NCBI GenBank assembly: GCA_039683575.1
Contig: JBDKRC010000288.1
Span: 1 to 16,535, forward strand
Length of the DNA: 16,535 bases
Direction of reading: 5' to 3'
From: Armatimonadia bacterium
GTDB taxonomy: Bacteria > Armatimonadota > Zipacnadia > Zipacnadales > UBA11051
Shown: one piece after another, positions 16,224 to 16,535 of the stretch
Position numbering within the stretch: position 1 is the first letter of the stretch
How the letters are laid out: the number at the start of each line of letters is the position of its first letter
The notes under the pieces: model-generated
Told to the model about the DNA's origin: nothing
What the model saw: the letters and a program-made list of their open reading frames with translations, nothing else
Databases searched by the model: none
Position numbers and translations under genes: made by a program

Positions 16224-16271
16224 CATCCTTACATCCTGCAAATCCCGCCGTTCGATCCTGTCCATCCTGTC
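16224..16271 (+). repeat. ATCCTG-type ~9-bp periodic repeat
   Basis: ATCC at 16225, 16233, 16242, 16255 and 16264 (…ATCCTGTCCATCCTGTC). Confidence 0.55.
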
Positions 16272-16299
16272 CTCTCTCCCTCCCTCCCCAATGCCCCTC

Positions 16300-16336
16300 A
16301 GAACCAAACAGGCGCGACCTCCGAGGCCGCGCCTGT
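16300..16336 (-). terminator. Terminator of the rightmost minus-strand gene
   Basis: Minus strand ACAGGCGCGGCCTC-G-GAGGTCGCGCCTGT followed by TTGGTTCT. Confidence 0.65.
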
Positions 16337-16359
16337 CACATCTCAGCCGTCAGTTGCAC

Positions 16360-16535
16360 TCACCGTATCTGCAACGCCGTCACCGCCGTCGCCTGCGCCC
16401 CTTCACTTCCCTTCGCCTCCACCCGCACCAGGTACGTCCCCGCCGGCACCCGCGTACCGCTGCCGCCCTTCCCATTCCAGGCCAGCGACGTCAGCCCCGC
16501 CGGCAAGTCCCTCTCCCCGAGCTCCGCCACCACCC
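16360..16535 (-). CDS. C-terminus of a protein with a FlgD Ig-like domain (5'-truncated by window edge; absent from ORF track)
   Basis: Manual translation ...VVAELGERDLPAGLTSLAWNGKGGSGTRVPAGTYLVRVEAKGSEGAQATAVTALQIR*. The W-N-G...G..VPAG.YLVR pattern is typical of FlgD_ig. Confidence 0.8.
   Translation of the reverse strand, partial: VVAELGERDLPAGLTSLAWNGKGGSGTRVPAGTYLVRVEAKGSEGAQATAVTALQIR

Overview
GC-rich bacterial chromosomal window, probably Armatimonadota. That assignment is an inference from the DUF1559/H-X9-DG prepilin paralogues, a C-terminal FlgD-Ig-type domain and a Gram-positive-type LexA. Left part (+): end of an unknown gene, three tandem prepilin-like genes (identical 40-aa N-terminus, divergent middle, H-X9-DG tail) each followed by a hairpin, a ~1300-aa secreted multi-domain GH42-like glycoside hydrolase and a two-domain alpha/beta-hydrolase esterase. 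This looks like a polysaccharide-utilisation locus with pilin-like proteins and no SusC/D in view. Middle (-): pcm, a sugar-phosphate isomerase-like gene and a PHP protein. The isomerase-PHP spacer is a tandem duplication (469 + 312 bp) carrying an alternative isomerase 3' end and a modular GTAG-REP array that is expanded only in the copy with intact GTAG tags. Right part: membrane PP2C/SpoIIE phosphatase, lexA with a sigma70 promoter overlapped by two GAAC-N4-GTTC-like boxes, a divergent SAM methyltransferase, a GH-like TIM-barrel protein and the 3' end of a FlgD-Ig-domain gene. Intergenic regions are mosaics of several repeat families, oriented with a strong C skew on the + strand. No CRISPR, transposase, reverse transcriptase or RNA gene was seen.
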